From Candidatus Dormiibacterota bacterium (lineage in GTDB: Bacteria > Chloroflexota > Dormibacteria > Aeolococcales > Aeolococcaceae): a stretch of 64,000 nt of DNA. The stretch covers positions 260-64,259 of the forward strand of contig DATARS010000117.1 in assembly GCA_036269455.1 (NCBI GenBank), read 5' to 3'. Made by a program: the position numbers and the translations under genes. How positions within the stretch are numbered: the stretch's first letter is position 1; every line of letters starts with the position of its first letter. Shown piece by piece: positions 26,442 to 36,064 of the stretch. Below the pieces are notes generated by a model, which saw only the letters and a program-made list of their open reading frames with translations, was not told where the DNA came from and did no database searches.

Positions 26442-26823
26442 GGAAGGAGTTGAAGCTGCGGCGCTCGGGGTCGGGGCCGGGCAGCTGGCCGCCCTCGCCG
26501 AAGTGGAACACCTCGCCGGGGTCGAGGCCACGGCCGAGGAGCTCGTCGCGGGCTGCGTCGATGTCGGTGACGACGAGGTGGAGGCCGCGGAGCGAGCCGG
26601 CGGACTCGGGGTTGCGCATGAGGGTGACCGAGCAGGCGGACCCCGGTGGGGTCAGCTGGACGACGCGGAAGTCCTCACCGGCGCTGTGGTCGACGTCGAG
26701 GACGAACCCTGCCCGGTCCATGTAGAACGCCTTGGCGCGATCGACGTCTGCGACCGGGATCACGATCGTCTCGAGCTTCCAGTCCACGGTGTTGCCTCCT
26801 CGGGCGGCGCTGGACGAGCGCAC
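26383..26823 (-). CDS. VOC-family (glyoxalase/bleomycin-resistance/dioxygenase-fold) protein
   Basis: LETIVIPVADVDRAKAFYMDRAGF...GLHLVVTDIDAARDEL...FADPDGNGWMV, typical glyoxalase-like beta-alpha-beta-beta-beta modules. Confidence 0.8.
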   Translation of the reverse strand: MRSSSAARGGNTVDWKLETIVIPVADVDRAKAFYMDRAGFVLDVDHSAGEDFRVVQLTPPGSACSVTLMRNPESAGSLRGLHLVVTDIDAARDELLGRGLDPGEVFHFGEGGQLPGPDPERRSFNSFLSFADPDGNGWMVQEKREG

Positions 26824-26849
26824 CGGACCCTGCTACCGTCCCTGGCGTC

Positions 26850-27025
26850 GACGTCGTTCTCAGGAAGTCGGTCGGAAGCCGACGCGGTCCCGCCACTGTA
26901 GCCGGAGAGTTCCCCTCACCACGGTCACGGCCCCGACGGGGGCTGGAAGGCCGAGGGGCACGCTGACCCGGGAGCCAGGATACTGAGGCCGGCGATCCCT
27001 TCACGAAGGGGGCGGAAGACCCCGG
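26850..27025 (+). promoter_or_regulatory. cobalamin (B12) riboswitch
   Basis: GGAAGTCGGTCGGAAGCCGACGCGGTCCCGCCACTGTAGCCGG matches the conserved core (GGGAA-n-GGTG-n-AA-n-CCGG-n-GCGGTCCCGCCACTGT), and GAGCCAGGATACTGAGGCCGGCG resembles the B12 box (GCCAGGAnACCnGCC); it lies in the 5' leader of cbtB-cbtA, a classic B12-regulated operon. Confidence 0.7.
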
Positions 27026-27036
27026 GAGGATCTCCT

Positions 27037-27258
27037 ATGGCGCTGGTCAACTCCACCGTCAACCACGCACCGGCAACTCCGGCCATCCCGAGGCTGGCAT
27101 GGCCGCTGCTGATCCTCTTCCTCGGCGCGGTCTACGTCGTCGGCTACGACCAGGGCGCGCTGCTCCAGCCGCTGCTCGGCGCGGTGTCCCGGTCGTCGAA
27201 CTACATCCACGAGTTCGTCCACGACGGGAGGCATCTGCTCGGCTTCCCCTGCCACTGA
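27037..27258 (+). CDS. cbtB: cobalt transporter subunit CbtB
   Basis: 73 aa, one TM, C-terminal His-rich tail ...NYIHEFVHDGRHLLGFPCH characteristic of CbtB; GGGAGGA RBS. Confidence 0.8.
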   Translation: MALVNSTVNHAPATPAIPRLAWPLLILFLGAVYVVGYDQGALLQPLLGAVSRSSNYIHEFVHDGRHLLGFPCH

Positions 27259-28103
27259 TGGGCGTCCGCTCCCACCTCCTGCGGGGGGTGGTGGCGGGGC
27301 TGGTGGTGGGCCTCCTGGTCGGCATCCTGGCATTCCTCGTCGCCGAGCCCGTCATCGACCGTGCCATCACGCTCGAGTCCCAGCGCGTCGAGGCCGAGTA
27401 CCACACCGCGCTGAACCAGGCGATCATCGAGCACCACGGTGACGTCGCCGCCGCCCGTCAGCAGGTGGCGGAGCCGCCGCCGGAGGTGTTCTCCCGTCGC
27501 ACCCAGCACCTCGGGCTGATCGTCGCGACGACCCTCTTCGGATTCGGCCTCGGCGGAATCTTCGCGGTCGTCTACCTGGTGATCTTCCGGCGCACGTCGT
27601 CGGGCACCACCTGGCGGAGATCGCTGTCGCTCGCCGGGGCGCTGCTCACCGCGATCTACGTCATCCCCTTCATCCGCTACCCCGCCAATCCTCCGGGGGT
27701 GGGCGATCCGGCGACGATCGACCGCCGCACCCTGGGCTACACCCTGGCCATCGCCATCGGCGCGCTCGCGGTCTGGGGCGCATGGCGGCTCGCGCGATAC
27801 CTCCACGCCCGTGGGGTCGGCGAGCCGGTGCGGCACACCGTGGTCGCCGGCTGCATCGCCCTCGCCATCGCCCTCGAGTTCGTCCTGCTCCCCGACAACA
27901 TCGACGCCGTCCGGGTCCCACCCGATCTCCTCTGGGACTTCCGGCTGCGCGCGGTGGCGGCGCAGGTCCTCCTCTGGGGCGGGGTGGGCGGGCTGTTTGC
28001 GGTGCTCACCGAGCGCGCTGCGCGCCGTGCCGCCGCCTCGGCGCGGATGGGGAACGGCCGCGAGAGCCCGCTGGGCGGCGCGGTGCCCTCGTCGCCCGGA
28101 TAG
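27258..28103 (+). CDS. cbtA: cobalt transporter subunit CbtA
   Basis: TGATG overlap with cbtB; multi-TM protein with the conserved His-containing loop (AIIEHHGDVAAA) typical of CbtA; located downstream of the B12 riboswitch. Confidence 0.75.
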   Translation: MGVRSHLLRGVVAGLVVGLLVGILAFLVAEPVIDRAITLESQRVEAEYHTALNQAIIEHHGDVAAARQQVAEPPPEVFSRRTQHLGLIVATTLFGFGLGGIFAVVYLVIFRRTSSGTTWRRSLSLAGALLTAIYVIPFIRYPANPPGVGDPATIDRRTLGYTLAIAIGALAVWGAWRLARYLHARGVGEPVRHTVVAGCIALAIALEFVLLPDNIDAVRVPPDLLWDFRLRAVAAQVLLWGGVGGLFAVLTERAARRAAASARMGNGRESPLGGAVPSSPG

Positions 28104-28147
28104 GCGATTCGCGCCGCGGCTTTCGACGGCAAAGCGACAGACCAGAC

Positions 28148-28183
28148 TAGAGGCGTTGCGCGAGTATGTGCGCAATGCCTCTA
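28148..28183 (+). terminator. 14-bp inverted repeat (TAGAGGCGTTGCGC-N8-GCGCAATGCCTCTA) 45 nt downstream of cbtA: hairpin terminator or operator
   Basis: Left arm 28148-28161, right arm 28170-28183, 13/14 complementary (one G-U if RNA). Confidence 0.45.
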
Positions 28184-28287
28184 TCCGTCTGCGAATGGAG
28201 CGTGTGGGGGGACTTGACAGCGGCCTCCGGCCGCCGCACGCTGGACTGGAGCGCGGGAGTGACCACGGGGTGGAGGGGATTCGAGCC

Positions 28288-28509
28288 ATGTATGTCCAGA
28301 ACGGCGACCGTCCGCGGTGGGCATGGAGCGGGCAACACGTCCAGGTGTCCATGGGATGGGAGATCACCGGCGTCGCGGACCGGACCGCAGGCGTGGGGCA
28401 GGCGGCTCCGGCGGCCGCCGAGCCGGCACCGGCACCGGCACCGGCACCGGCGGCGGCACCCTCCGTGGAGGGGCGTCCGGCCTGGTCCTGGGGCGGGCCG
28501 GCCACGTAG
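28288..28509 (+). CDS. hypothetical small protein (73 aa) with terminal Trp motifs and a (Pro-Ala)5 repeat
   Basis: GGAGG RBS 7 nt upstream of the ATG; N-terminal DRPRWAWSG and C-terminal GRPAWSWGG are near-repeats; the central (ccggca)x5 hexamer repeat encodes PAPAPAPAPA. Could be an artefact; not conserved-domain supported. Confidence 0.3.
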   Translation: MYVQNGDRPRWAWSGQHVQVSMGWEITGVADRTAGVGQAAPAAAEPAPAPAPAPAAAPSVEGRPAWSWGGPAT

Positions 28510-28529
28510 GGTCGTAGGCTGCGCGCGCG

Positions 28530-29162
28530 ATGAGCGTCCGGCGCGAGCTGTCCGCCCTCTGGTCGGGCTGCGACACCCTGCGTGACCGCATGGGGCCGCT
28601 GTCGGCCCAACCGCGCCCGGAGGCGCGCCGGGCACTGGAGGTCGCCTACGAGGAGCTGGCCAGCGCCCTGCGGCGCCTGGGCAGCGCGAGGATGCTCACG
28701 TCCTCGCAGGTCGGTGAGCTCGAGCACGCCCAGGCCGGGCTGGCGGCGGCGCGCAGCGGCGGGCTGCCGCTCGCGACCGCGGTGGCGAGGTATGCGCAGG
28801 CGCTCCAGGAGGTTGCGACCTCCTTCCACATCAGACTGAGCCCCCCCACTCCCGACCTCGCATCGGCCTTCGCACCGCCGGGCAATGGGAGCGCCCACCG
28901 CCCCCTGCCGCTCCCCATCGACGGCGTCGACATCGCTCCGTGCGAGGCCGTCGAGGCGCTCGCCCTGGTCACCTCGATGGCGGCCGAGGGCGGCCACCGG
29001 CTGGGTGGCTTCAGCGGTTCGGGCACCGGCGACGGCTACCGGTTCACGGCACGCTGCGCGGTGTGCGGCGACGAGGTGAGCGTGCTTCGCAGCGAGCAGG
29101 CGTGGTCCTTCACCCCGGTGGTCCCCTGCCCCCGCACCCCGGCGGCGCCGGCCGGAGCCTGA
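28530..29162 (+). CDS. hypothetical protein (210 aa) with a C-terminal Cys cluster
   Basis: ORF with the C-terminal Cys cluster ARCAVCGDEVSV...VPCPRTP; no known family recognised. Confidence 0.45.
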   Translation: MSVRRELSALWSGCDTLRDRMGPLSAQPRPEARRALEVAYEELASALRRLGSARMLTSSQVGELEHAQAGLAAARSGGLPLATAVARYAQALQEVATSFHIRLSPPTPDLASAFAPPGNGSAHRPLPLPIDGVDIAPCEAVEALALVTSMAAEGGHRLGGFSGSGTGDGYRFTARCAVCGDEVSVLRSEQAWSFTPVVPCPRTPAAPAGA

Positions 29163-29177
29163 CGCCGCCGGCTCGGC

Positions 29178-29888
29178 TCAGGTGGCGTCGTGGAAGATGA
29201 TCCCCAGCGTGGTGCGCTCGCCGGCGGTGACGGTGCTCACCCCGTGGCGCAGGGTGGCGCGGTGGTGGCCGCGGGCTCCGGCGACCGGCTTCTCGCGGGT
29301 GGCGACGAGCACTCCCTCGCCCTGGGCGAGCGTCAGAGCGGTGGCACGTGACTGCGCGCGCGGCCGCTGCTCGACGATCACCAGCTCGCCGCCGGTGTAG
29401 TCGACGCCGGGCCGGCTGAGCCCGATCACCACCTGCAGCGGGAAGGTGACATCGCCGTAGACGTCCTGGTGGAGGGTGTTGTGCCCGCCGGCGCGGTAGC
29501 GGAGCAGCAGGGGTGTCGGACGCGTCTGCCCGCTGCGATGACACCGACCGAGGAAGGTGTCGAGATCCGGGGGGAACGCCGCCGGTGCGCCGAGCAGCTC
29601 CGCCCACCGGTTGGCGATGGCGGCGAGCGGCGGATAGAGGTCACGGCGCAGCCGGGCCACGACCTCCGGGAGCGGATGGTCGAAGTACGCGTAGTCGCCC
29701 TCGCCGAAGCGGTACCGGGCCATGTCGATCCGGCTCCGAAAACGGCGGTCGTCGGAGTACAGGTCGCGGAGCGCGGCGCACTCCGCCGCGCTGAGCAGCG
29801 ACGGCAGCCGCGCGAAGCCACCGGCGAGCATGCCGAGCTCGGCCTCGTCCCAGCGGATGGCATCCGGGTGTCGTGGTGCGATGGTCAT
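29178..29888 (-). CDS. 2-oxoglutarate/Fe(II)-dependent oxygenase family protein
   Basis: HxD...H facial triad candidates (HQDVYGD; RHGVSTVTAGERTTLGIIFHDAT with the Arg that binds 2OG); start taken at the internal ATG (MTIAPRHPDAIRWDE). Confidence 0.7.
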   Translation of the reverse strand: MTIAPRHPDAIRWDEAELGMLAGGFARLPSLLSAAECAALRDLYSDDRRFRSRIDMARYRFGEGDYAYFDHPLPEVVARLRRDLYPPLAAIANRWAELLGAPAAFPPDLDTFLGRCHRSGQTRPTPLLLRYRAGGHNTLHQDVYGDVTFPLQVVIGLSRPGVDYTGGELVIVEQRPRAQSRATALTLAQGEGVLVATREKPVAGARGHHRATLRHGVSTVTAGERTTLGIIFHDAT

Positions 29889-30000
29889 CGCCCCCAACAA
29901 CCGCCGGTGGCCGCGGTCCGGTTGCACCCGATCGCGGGGCGGCTGTTCGGGGACGGCTGCGTATGCTGGAGACGGATCGGTCACAGGAGCGGAGGGGGTC

Positions 30001-30435
30001 ATGGTGGCAAGGCGGGTGCTCTGCGTCGCGGCGGCTGCCGCGACGGTCGCGGTGGCCGCGGCGGCGGCCGGGATCGCCGGTGGCGAGAGGGCCGGAGCGG
30101 CGACGGGCTCGCCGCAGGTCGCGATCTCCCCCTCCTCGGTCAGCTTCGGGAGCCAGCGGGTGGGCAGCATCCAGCGCCGCTCGGTGTCGGTCGAGAACGT
30201 GGGCAATGCGCCGCTGCACGTCCACTCGGTGGTGGTGAACGACTTCTCCGGGACCTACAGCCTCAGCTTCAGCACCTGTGGCGGCGCCACCGTGCCGCCC
30301 GGCGGGCTCTGCCAGTTCAGCATCGAGTCGCACCCGCGCATGGCGGGGACGCACAGCTCCTATGCGACGGTCAGCGACGACGCGTCGGGCGGCAGTCAGA
30401 GCGTCCCGATCTGGGGCACCGCGACCGCGCAGTAG
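30001..30435 (+). CDS. secreted choice-of-anchor-D / ASH-like beta-sandwich domain protein
   Basis: Signal peptide, then SVSFGSQRVGSIQRRSVSVENVGNAPLHVHSVVVNDFSGTYSLSFSTCGGATVPPGGLCQFSIESHP, matching the choice-of-anchor-D pattern (FG-x-V-x-VG..S....T..N-x-G...L.I......F......C....L..G..C.....F.P). GGAGGGGG RBS. Confidence 0.7.
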   Translation: MVARRVLCVAAAAATVAVAAAAAGIAGGERAGAATGSPQVAISPSSVSFGSQRVGSIQRRSVSVENVGNAPLHVHSVVVNDFSGTYSLSFSTCGGATVPPGGLCQFSIESHPRMAGTHSSYATVSDDASGGSQSVPIWGTATAQ

Positions 30436-30563
30436 GCGCTGTCACCGATCCGTCACACCGCCGTCCCCCGGACGTCGCAGCCGGGGCCCGGCGGCGGAGG
30501 AACATCAGGGTGTCGCGGCGCCGTGGCGCCGAACCCCCCGATGTCCGAGGAGGGACGGAGCGG

Positions 30564-30848
30564 ATGCTCCAGAGGATGCGGCCCATGACCTGGCTGGTGG
30601 CGGCGTTCAACGCGCTGCTGCTGGTCGCGGTGGCCGGCAGCGTCCCCTACAGCGGTCCGCTGTGGTTCCTCGGCAACGGCGCCCTCGGCGTCGTCTGGGT
30701 GGCGAGCCTCCGCCGCCGGCGGGCCTGCCCGCAGTGCGGCAACCCGGCGCCGCGGACCTTCCTGGTCTGCCCCGTCTGCCGGTTCGACATGATCCGCCCG
30801 CTGCCCCAGCGGCGGCCTGAGAGCACCTCGAGAGCTGACGCGGCCTGA
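30564..30848 (+). CDS. small membrane protein with a C-terminal zinc ribbon (CPQC...CPVC)
   Basis: One TM (WLVAAFNALLLVAVAG), a second hydrophobic stretch, then CPQCGNPAPRTFLVCPVCRF; GGAGGGACGGAG RBS. Confidence 0.5.
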   Translation: MLQRMRPMTWLVAAFNALLLVAVAGSVPYSGPLWFLGNGALGVVWVASLRRRRACPQCGNPAPRTFLVCPVCRFDMIRPLPQRRPESTSRADAA

Positions 30849-30884
30849 GGTCTGCCGCGAGGCGCCAGGCGGTACTCTGCGCGG

Positions 30885-31931
30885 ATGAGTCGGGTGGGGC
30901 CGGTGGGCCGCCTCTCACGCACCGTCGATCACGCCATCCGCTGGCGCCTGGGACGCATCCCGGTGCACGCGGGCGCCGCGGACGGGGCGCCCGACGAGGT
31001 CGAGGCCTTCTGGGCGTCGAGCCGCGTCCTCGATCCCGCCGAGGTGACCGCCACCCCGGTGACCGCCCGGCGCGGGCGGGGGAGGGGAGGGGCACGACTC
31101 CTCGACCTCGACGCGGCGAGCAGCGGGCCCGGCGACCACCCCGGCAGCCGCCGGGTCGGCGGGCGGATCGCCCTCCATCCCGACCCCGCCGCTCCCGTCG
31201 TGCTGCTCCTCCACGGCTATGCGGCCCCCGGCCCGGTCTACGAGGACTGGCAGACGCGGCTGCTGCTCCGCCGGGGGCTGAGCTCGGCGCGGATCGAGCT
31301 GCCCTTCCACATGCGCCGGCGCATCCCCGGCCGCGCCGCCGGGGCGGGCTTCTTCAGCCGCGACCCCGCGCACACCTGCGCGGTGCTGCGCCAGGCGACC
31401 GAGGACGCGGCGGCGGTGGTCGCCTGGATCCGGCGCGAGGTCACCCCGACCGTCGGCGTCCTCGGCTTCAGCCTCGGCGGCCTGGTCGGCTGCCTGCTCG
31501 GCGCCCACGTCGGGCTCGACTCGCTGGTGGCGGTCACGCCGCCGTGCGACCTCCCCGAGCTGACCCTGGAGCGCTCGCCGGTCCGGCTGCGACGCGAGCT
31601 CGGCCTCGTCACCGGCGGGGGCGGGCCCTGGGGAACCGACGCGATCAGCGCCCGGGCCGCGCTCGACCTCGCGATGGCGCCGGTGATCCCGCGGCTGCTC
31701 ACCCCGCGCACGCCGGGGGCGCAGATCACCATGGTCGCCGCCGAGCTCGACCTCATCGTCGGTGACACCCCGGTGCGCGACCTCGCCGCCGCCTGGGGCG
31801 CCGAGTGCTGGTCCTACGGACACGGCCACGTCACCGTGATGACCGCGCGCGGGATCACCGGCCGGATCCACGAGCGGATGCGCCGCGACCTCGGCGGCAC
31901 CGCCGGCGCCGCCGACGCCATCGCCGGATGA
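30885..31931 (+). CDS. alpha/beta-hydrolase fold protein
   Basis: Nucleophile elbow GFSLGG (G-x-S-x-G), oxyanion-region HGY; 348 aa. Confidence 0.7.
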   Translation: MSRVGPVGRLSRTVDHAIRWRLGRIPVHAGAADGAPDEVEAFWASSRVLDPAEVTATPVTARRGRGRGGARLLDLDAASSGPGDHPGSRRVGGRIALHPDPAAPVVLLLHGYAAPGPVYEDWQTRLLLRRGLSSARIELPFHMRRRIPGRAAGAGFFSRDPAHTCAVLRQATEDAAAVVAWIRREVTPTVGVLGFSLGGLVGCLLGAHVGLDSLVAVTPPCDLPELTLERSPVRLRRELGLVTGGGGPWGTDAISARAALDLAMAPVIPRLLTPRTPGAQITMVAAELDLIVGDTPVRDLAAAWGAECWSYGHGHVTVMTARGITGRIHERMRRDLGGTAGAADAIAG

Positions 31932-32488
31932 CCACCCCGGCCACCCCACTGCTGCGCCGGGTGGGCCGCACCCGCTCCGGGCGCGAGTACGTCATCCGGC
32001 CCGCCGGCGCGGACGACGCCGCCGCGCTGGTCGCGCTCCGCGACGCCGTCGCCGGCGAGGGGCGGTGGGTGGCCGCCGAGCCCGGCGAGCGCACCGTCCT
32101 CGAGGAGAGCCTCGCGCTGGCGGGACTGCTCAGCCACGGCGGCCTCTCCCTGGTCGCCGAGCTCGACGGCGCTCTCGCCGGGCAGCTCGCGGTGCAGCGG
32201 CGGCTCGGTGGATACGAGGGGCACCGCGGTGACCTCTCCATCACCGTCGCCCGCGAGCACCGCGAGCAGGGGCTGGGCCGGGCACTGGTCGAGACCGCGA
32301 TCGACTGGGCGCGCGCCGTCCACCTCGGCAAGCTCACCCTCGGCGTCTTCCCCGAGAACGTCCGGGCGATCGCCCTCTACAGGTCGGTGGGATTCGTCGA
32401 GGAGGGCCGCCTGGGCCGCCATCTGCGCGTCGGCGGCGAGTTCCGCGACCTCGTGCTCATGGGGCTGCTCCTGGCGCCACGCATCTAG
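31928..32488 (+). CDS. GNAT-family N-acetyltransferase
   Basis: ATGA overlap; acetyl-CoA-binding motif region REQGLGRALVETAIDWAR, and LTLGVFPENVRAIALYRSVGF. Confidence 0.8.
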   Translation: MTTPATPLLRRVGRTRSGREYVIRPAGADDAAALVALRDAVAGEGRWVAAEPGERTVLEESLALAGLLSHGGLSLVAELDGALAGQLAVQRRLGGYEGHRGDLSITVAREHREQGLGRALVETAIDWARAVHLGKLTLGVFPENVRAIALYRSVGFVEEGRLGRHLRVGGEFRDLVLMGLLLAPRI

Positions 32489-32534
32489 CGGACTGCGGTG
32501 GCGCGGGCGGGGGGCCCTGCTATCCTCGGCCGAG

Positions 32535-33385
<851 letters not shown>

Positions 33386-33389
<4 letters not shown>

Positions 33390-34360
33390 GCGTCTCCTCC
33401 GAGACCTTCCTCGAGCCCATCGCGGGCGAGCTGCGCGAGCTCGAGCGGCGCCTCCACCAGACCGTCGCCGCCGACCTCGGCCCGATCGCCGAGGCGATGG
33501 AGCACATCGTCAGCGCCGGCGGCAAGCGCCTGCGTCCGGCGCTCGTCATCCTCAGCGCCAAGCTCGGCGAGGCCGACATCGACCACGTCTACAGCGCCGC
33601 GATGGGGATCGAGTTCATCCACACCGCCACGCTCATCCACGACGACCTCATCGACGACGCCGAGACCCGCCGCGGTCTGGCGACGATCCACGCGGTCCTC
33701 GGCGTGAACCCGGCGATCATCGTCGGCGACTACTACTTCGGCAAGGGCGCCAACCTCCTGTCGGCGATCGGCATCCCGCTGATCACCGAGGTGGTGAGCG
33801 CGACGGTGATGAAGATCTGCATGGGCGAGCTGCTCCAGCTCACCAGCAAGCGGCACTACGAGCAGCCGGATGAGGCCTACTACACCAAGATCGAGCGCAA
33901 GACCGCGACGATGCTGAGCGCGGCCTGCCACTGCGGGGCGATCGTCGCCGGGCTCGATGCCGCCGCGCAGCAGGCGCTCGAGCGCTACGGCCGGGACCTC
34001 GGTGTCGCCTTCCAGATCGCCGACGACGTGCTCGACTACACCGCGACCGAGGAGCAGCTCGGCAAGCCCACCGGCGCCGACCTGCGCCAGGGCACGGTCA
34101 CGCTGCCGCTGATGTGCGCGCTGCGCGATCCCGCGGTGGCACCGTCGCTGCGCGCGCTCCTCGCCGGCGAGCAGCTCACCGACGCGCAGTGCGACGAGGT
34201 GGTGGCGCTGGTGCGCCGCTCCACCGGCCTGGTCGAGGCCGAGCGCAGCGCCCACGAGTACGCCGATCGGGCCCGCGCCGAGCTGGCGATCTTCCCGCCG
34301 TCGGAGGCCCGCAGCGCGCTCGAGTCGATCTGCGACTACGTGGTCGAGCGCCGCACCTAG
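33386..34360 (+). CDS. trans-polyprenyl diphosphate synthase (hepta/octaprenyl-type; quinone side-chain)
   Basis: FARM LIHDDLIDDAETRRG and SARM FQIADDVLD; ATGA overlap with murI. Confidence 0.9.
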
Positions 34361-34366
34361 CCCTGG

Positions 34367-34933
34367 TCAGAGAGCGCCCCAGCGGTCGAGCAGGCGGGCG
34401 AAGATCAGCCCCCAGAGGGTGAGCATCACCGCGGCGGCGACCAGTCCCACCGCCTCGACCATGGTGGCGAGGACGCTGCCCCGGGCGACGCTGTCGCCGG
34501 TGACCGCTGCGACACCGTAGACGGTGGCGCGGGCGCCGTCGAGGAGCGCGACCACGGCGAGCACGATGATCGCGGTCCGCACCGCCAGGTACTCGCGGCG
34601 CAGCGCGGCGCGGATGTCGGCGGCGGTCCAGCGCCCGCCGGGGGGCCGGCCGGCCGGCGGCTCGGGACGGCCGCGCCAGAGCCGCAGCAGGGCGAGGCCG
34701 AAGAACACCGCGGCGAGCCACCCCGGCCAGGCGGTGCGTGGCGAGCTGCCGTCGCCGAGCAGGGTGGCGACCACGTTGAGGTCGGCCCCGGAGCTCAGCT
34801 CGGCGCCGAAGTGGCGCTGCCCGGCGAGGGCGGCGACTCCCACCCCGACGGCCGCGGCGACGACCACGCCGAGGAGCACCACCCGCTGCGCGGGATGGAG
34901 CCGTCCGACGCCGTACAGGCGGGCCAGCACCAC
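34367..34933 (-). CDS. hypothetical membrane protein
   Basis: Four or five hydrophobic segments; no motif. Called on hydrophobicity pattern alone; the overlapping plus-strand ORF 34524-35162 is Arg/Ala-rich noise. Confidence 0.4.
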   Translation of the reverse strand: MVLARLYGVGRLHPAQRVVLLGVVVAAAVGVGVAALAGQRHFGAELSSGADLNVVATLLGDGSSPRTAWPGWLAAVFFGLALLRLWRGRPEPPAGRPPGGRWTAADIRAALRREYLAVRTAIIVLAVVALLDGARATVYGVAAVTGDSVARGSVLATMVEAVGLVAAAVMLTLWGLIFARLLDRWGAL

Positions 34934-35035
34934 GCCTCAGGCCGCCGCCCTGCGGGCGCGGCGAAGGAGCCAGAGGGACATGGCCCGCAGACTACCAACC
35001 GGCACGAGGATGCGGACCCCGTACCATGCTGCGCG

Positions 35036-36025
35036 GTGCTGCGGGTGCTCACGTACAACATCCTGCTCGGCGGCGGTGGGCGCGAGGAGCGCATCGCGTC
35101 GGTGCTGGCGCGCTCCGGGGGCGACATCATCGCCCTGCAGGAGTGCAACGACCCGGAGATGATCCGGGAGATCGGCGACCGTCTCGGCATGGAGACGCTG
35201 GTGGGGGAGACCAGCGACGGCACCGACCTCAACCTCGCCATCCTCAGCCGGCTGCCGGTGCGCCGCTGGAGCAATCACCGCCACCCCAACGTGATGCTGC
35301 GTGGCCACCTCGAGTGCGAGGTCGACACCGGGTCGGCCACGGTGCCCCGGGTGCGGGTCCACTGCCTCCACCTCGCCGCACGCTTCGGCGAGCGCGCGAA
35401 CGGCGAGCAGCGGCGCATGGCCGAGATCCAGTCGGTGCTCCACGACGTCGGTGAGGAGGAGCCGATGCCCCACGTGCTCGCCGGCGACTTCAACTCGATC
35501 GCCCCCGGCGACACCATCGCCGCCAGCGCCTTCCTGGCGCGGATGGCCGAGCTGCGCCGCGCCGGCGTGGTGGTGCGCGGGCTCGACGGGCTGCTCGGCG
35601 CGGTGGAGCGCGGCGCCACCGGGGAGGCGGAGGTGGCGGGGCGTTACCAGAAGGTGGGGATCGACCCCGACCTCGACGTCGGACTGCCCCGGCTTCCCTG
35701 GATCCTCACCCCCTTCACCGAGGTGCTGCCGCGCCTCCCCTACACCGACCGTTTCCTCAACACCCACGTCCAGCGCTGGACCGTCGAGCACCTGCTCAGG
35801 GCCGGATACACCGACTGCTACCGCGAGCTCCACCCCCTCGGCGACGAGGGATACACCTGCGCGACCTGGATGCCGGCGGCGCGGATCGACTACGCCTTCG
35901 CCGACCCGCAGCTCGCTCCGCGGCTGCGCCACTGCGCGGTGATCGGCTCGGCGGGCGTCCCCGACCCCGACGTGGAGTCCGCCTCCGACCATCTCCCGCT
36001 CCGCGCCGACTTCGAGCTGGAGTAG
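35036..36025 (+). CDS. endonuclease/exonuclease/phosphatase (EEP) family protein
   Basis: VLTYNILLGGG...IIALQECN...AGDFNS...SDHLPLRADFEL are hallmark EEP motifs; GTG start chosen at 35036 (the ORF extends to 34811 but would overlap the membrane protein). Confidence 0.75.
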   Translation: MLRVLTYNILLGGGGREERIASVLARSGGDIIALQECNDPEMIREIGDRLGMETLVGETSDGTDLNLAILSRLPVRRWSNHRHPNVMLRGHLECEVDTGSATVPRVRVHCLHLAARFGERANGEQRRMAEIQSVLHDVGEEEPMPHVLAGDFNSIAPGDTIAASAFLARMAELRRAGVVVRGLDGLLGAVERGATGEAEVAGRYQKVGIDPDLDVGLPRLPWILTPFTEVLPRLPYTDRFLNTHVQRWTVEHLLRAGYTDCYRELHPLGDEGYTCATWMPAARIDYAFADPQLAPRLRHCAVIGSAGVPDPDVESASDHLPLRADFELE

Positions 36026-36064
36026 GCGGCAACCCCCGTACGGGCTCCGTATACTCGGCGGCTC

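Noticed and set aside
24281-26823. Considered an integrated mobile element at the tRNA-Leu gene
   Set aside because: No integrase, recombinase, transposase or phage structural gene, and no obvious direct repeat of the tRNA 3' end within the window; kept only as a low-confidence possibility in the findings.
28421-28452. Tandem ccggca hexamer repeats; checked for CRISPR or other repeat arrays
   Set aside because: Only five 6-nt units, no spacers; explained as a coding (PA)n repeat. No CRISPR-like 25-40-nt direct repeats anywhere in the window.
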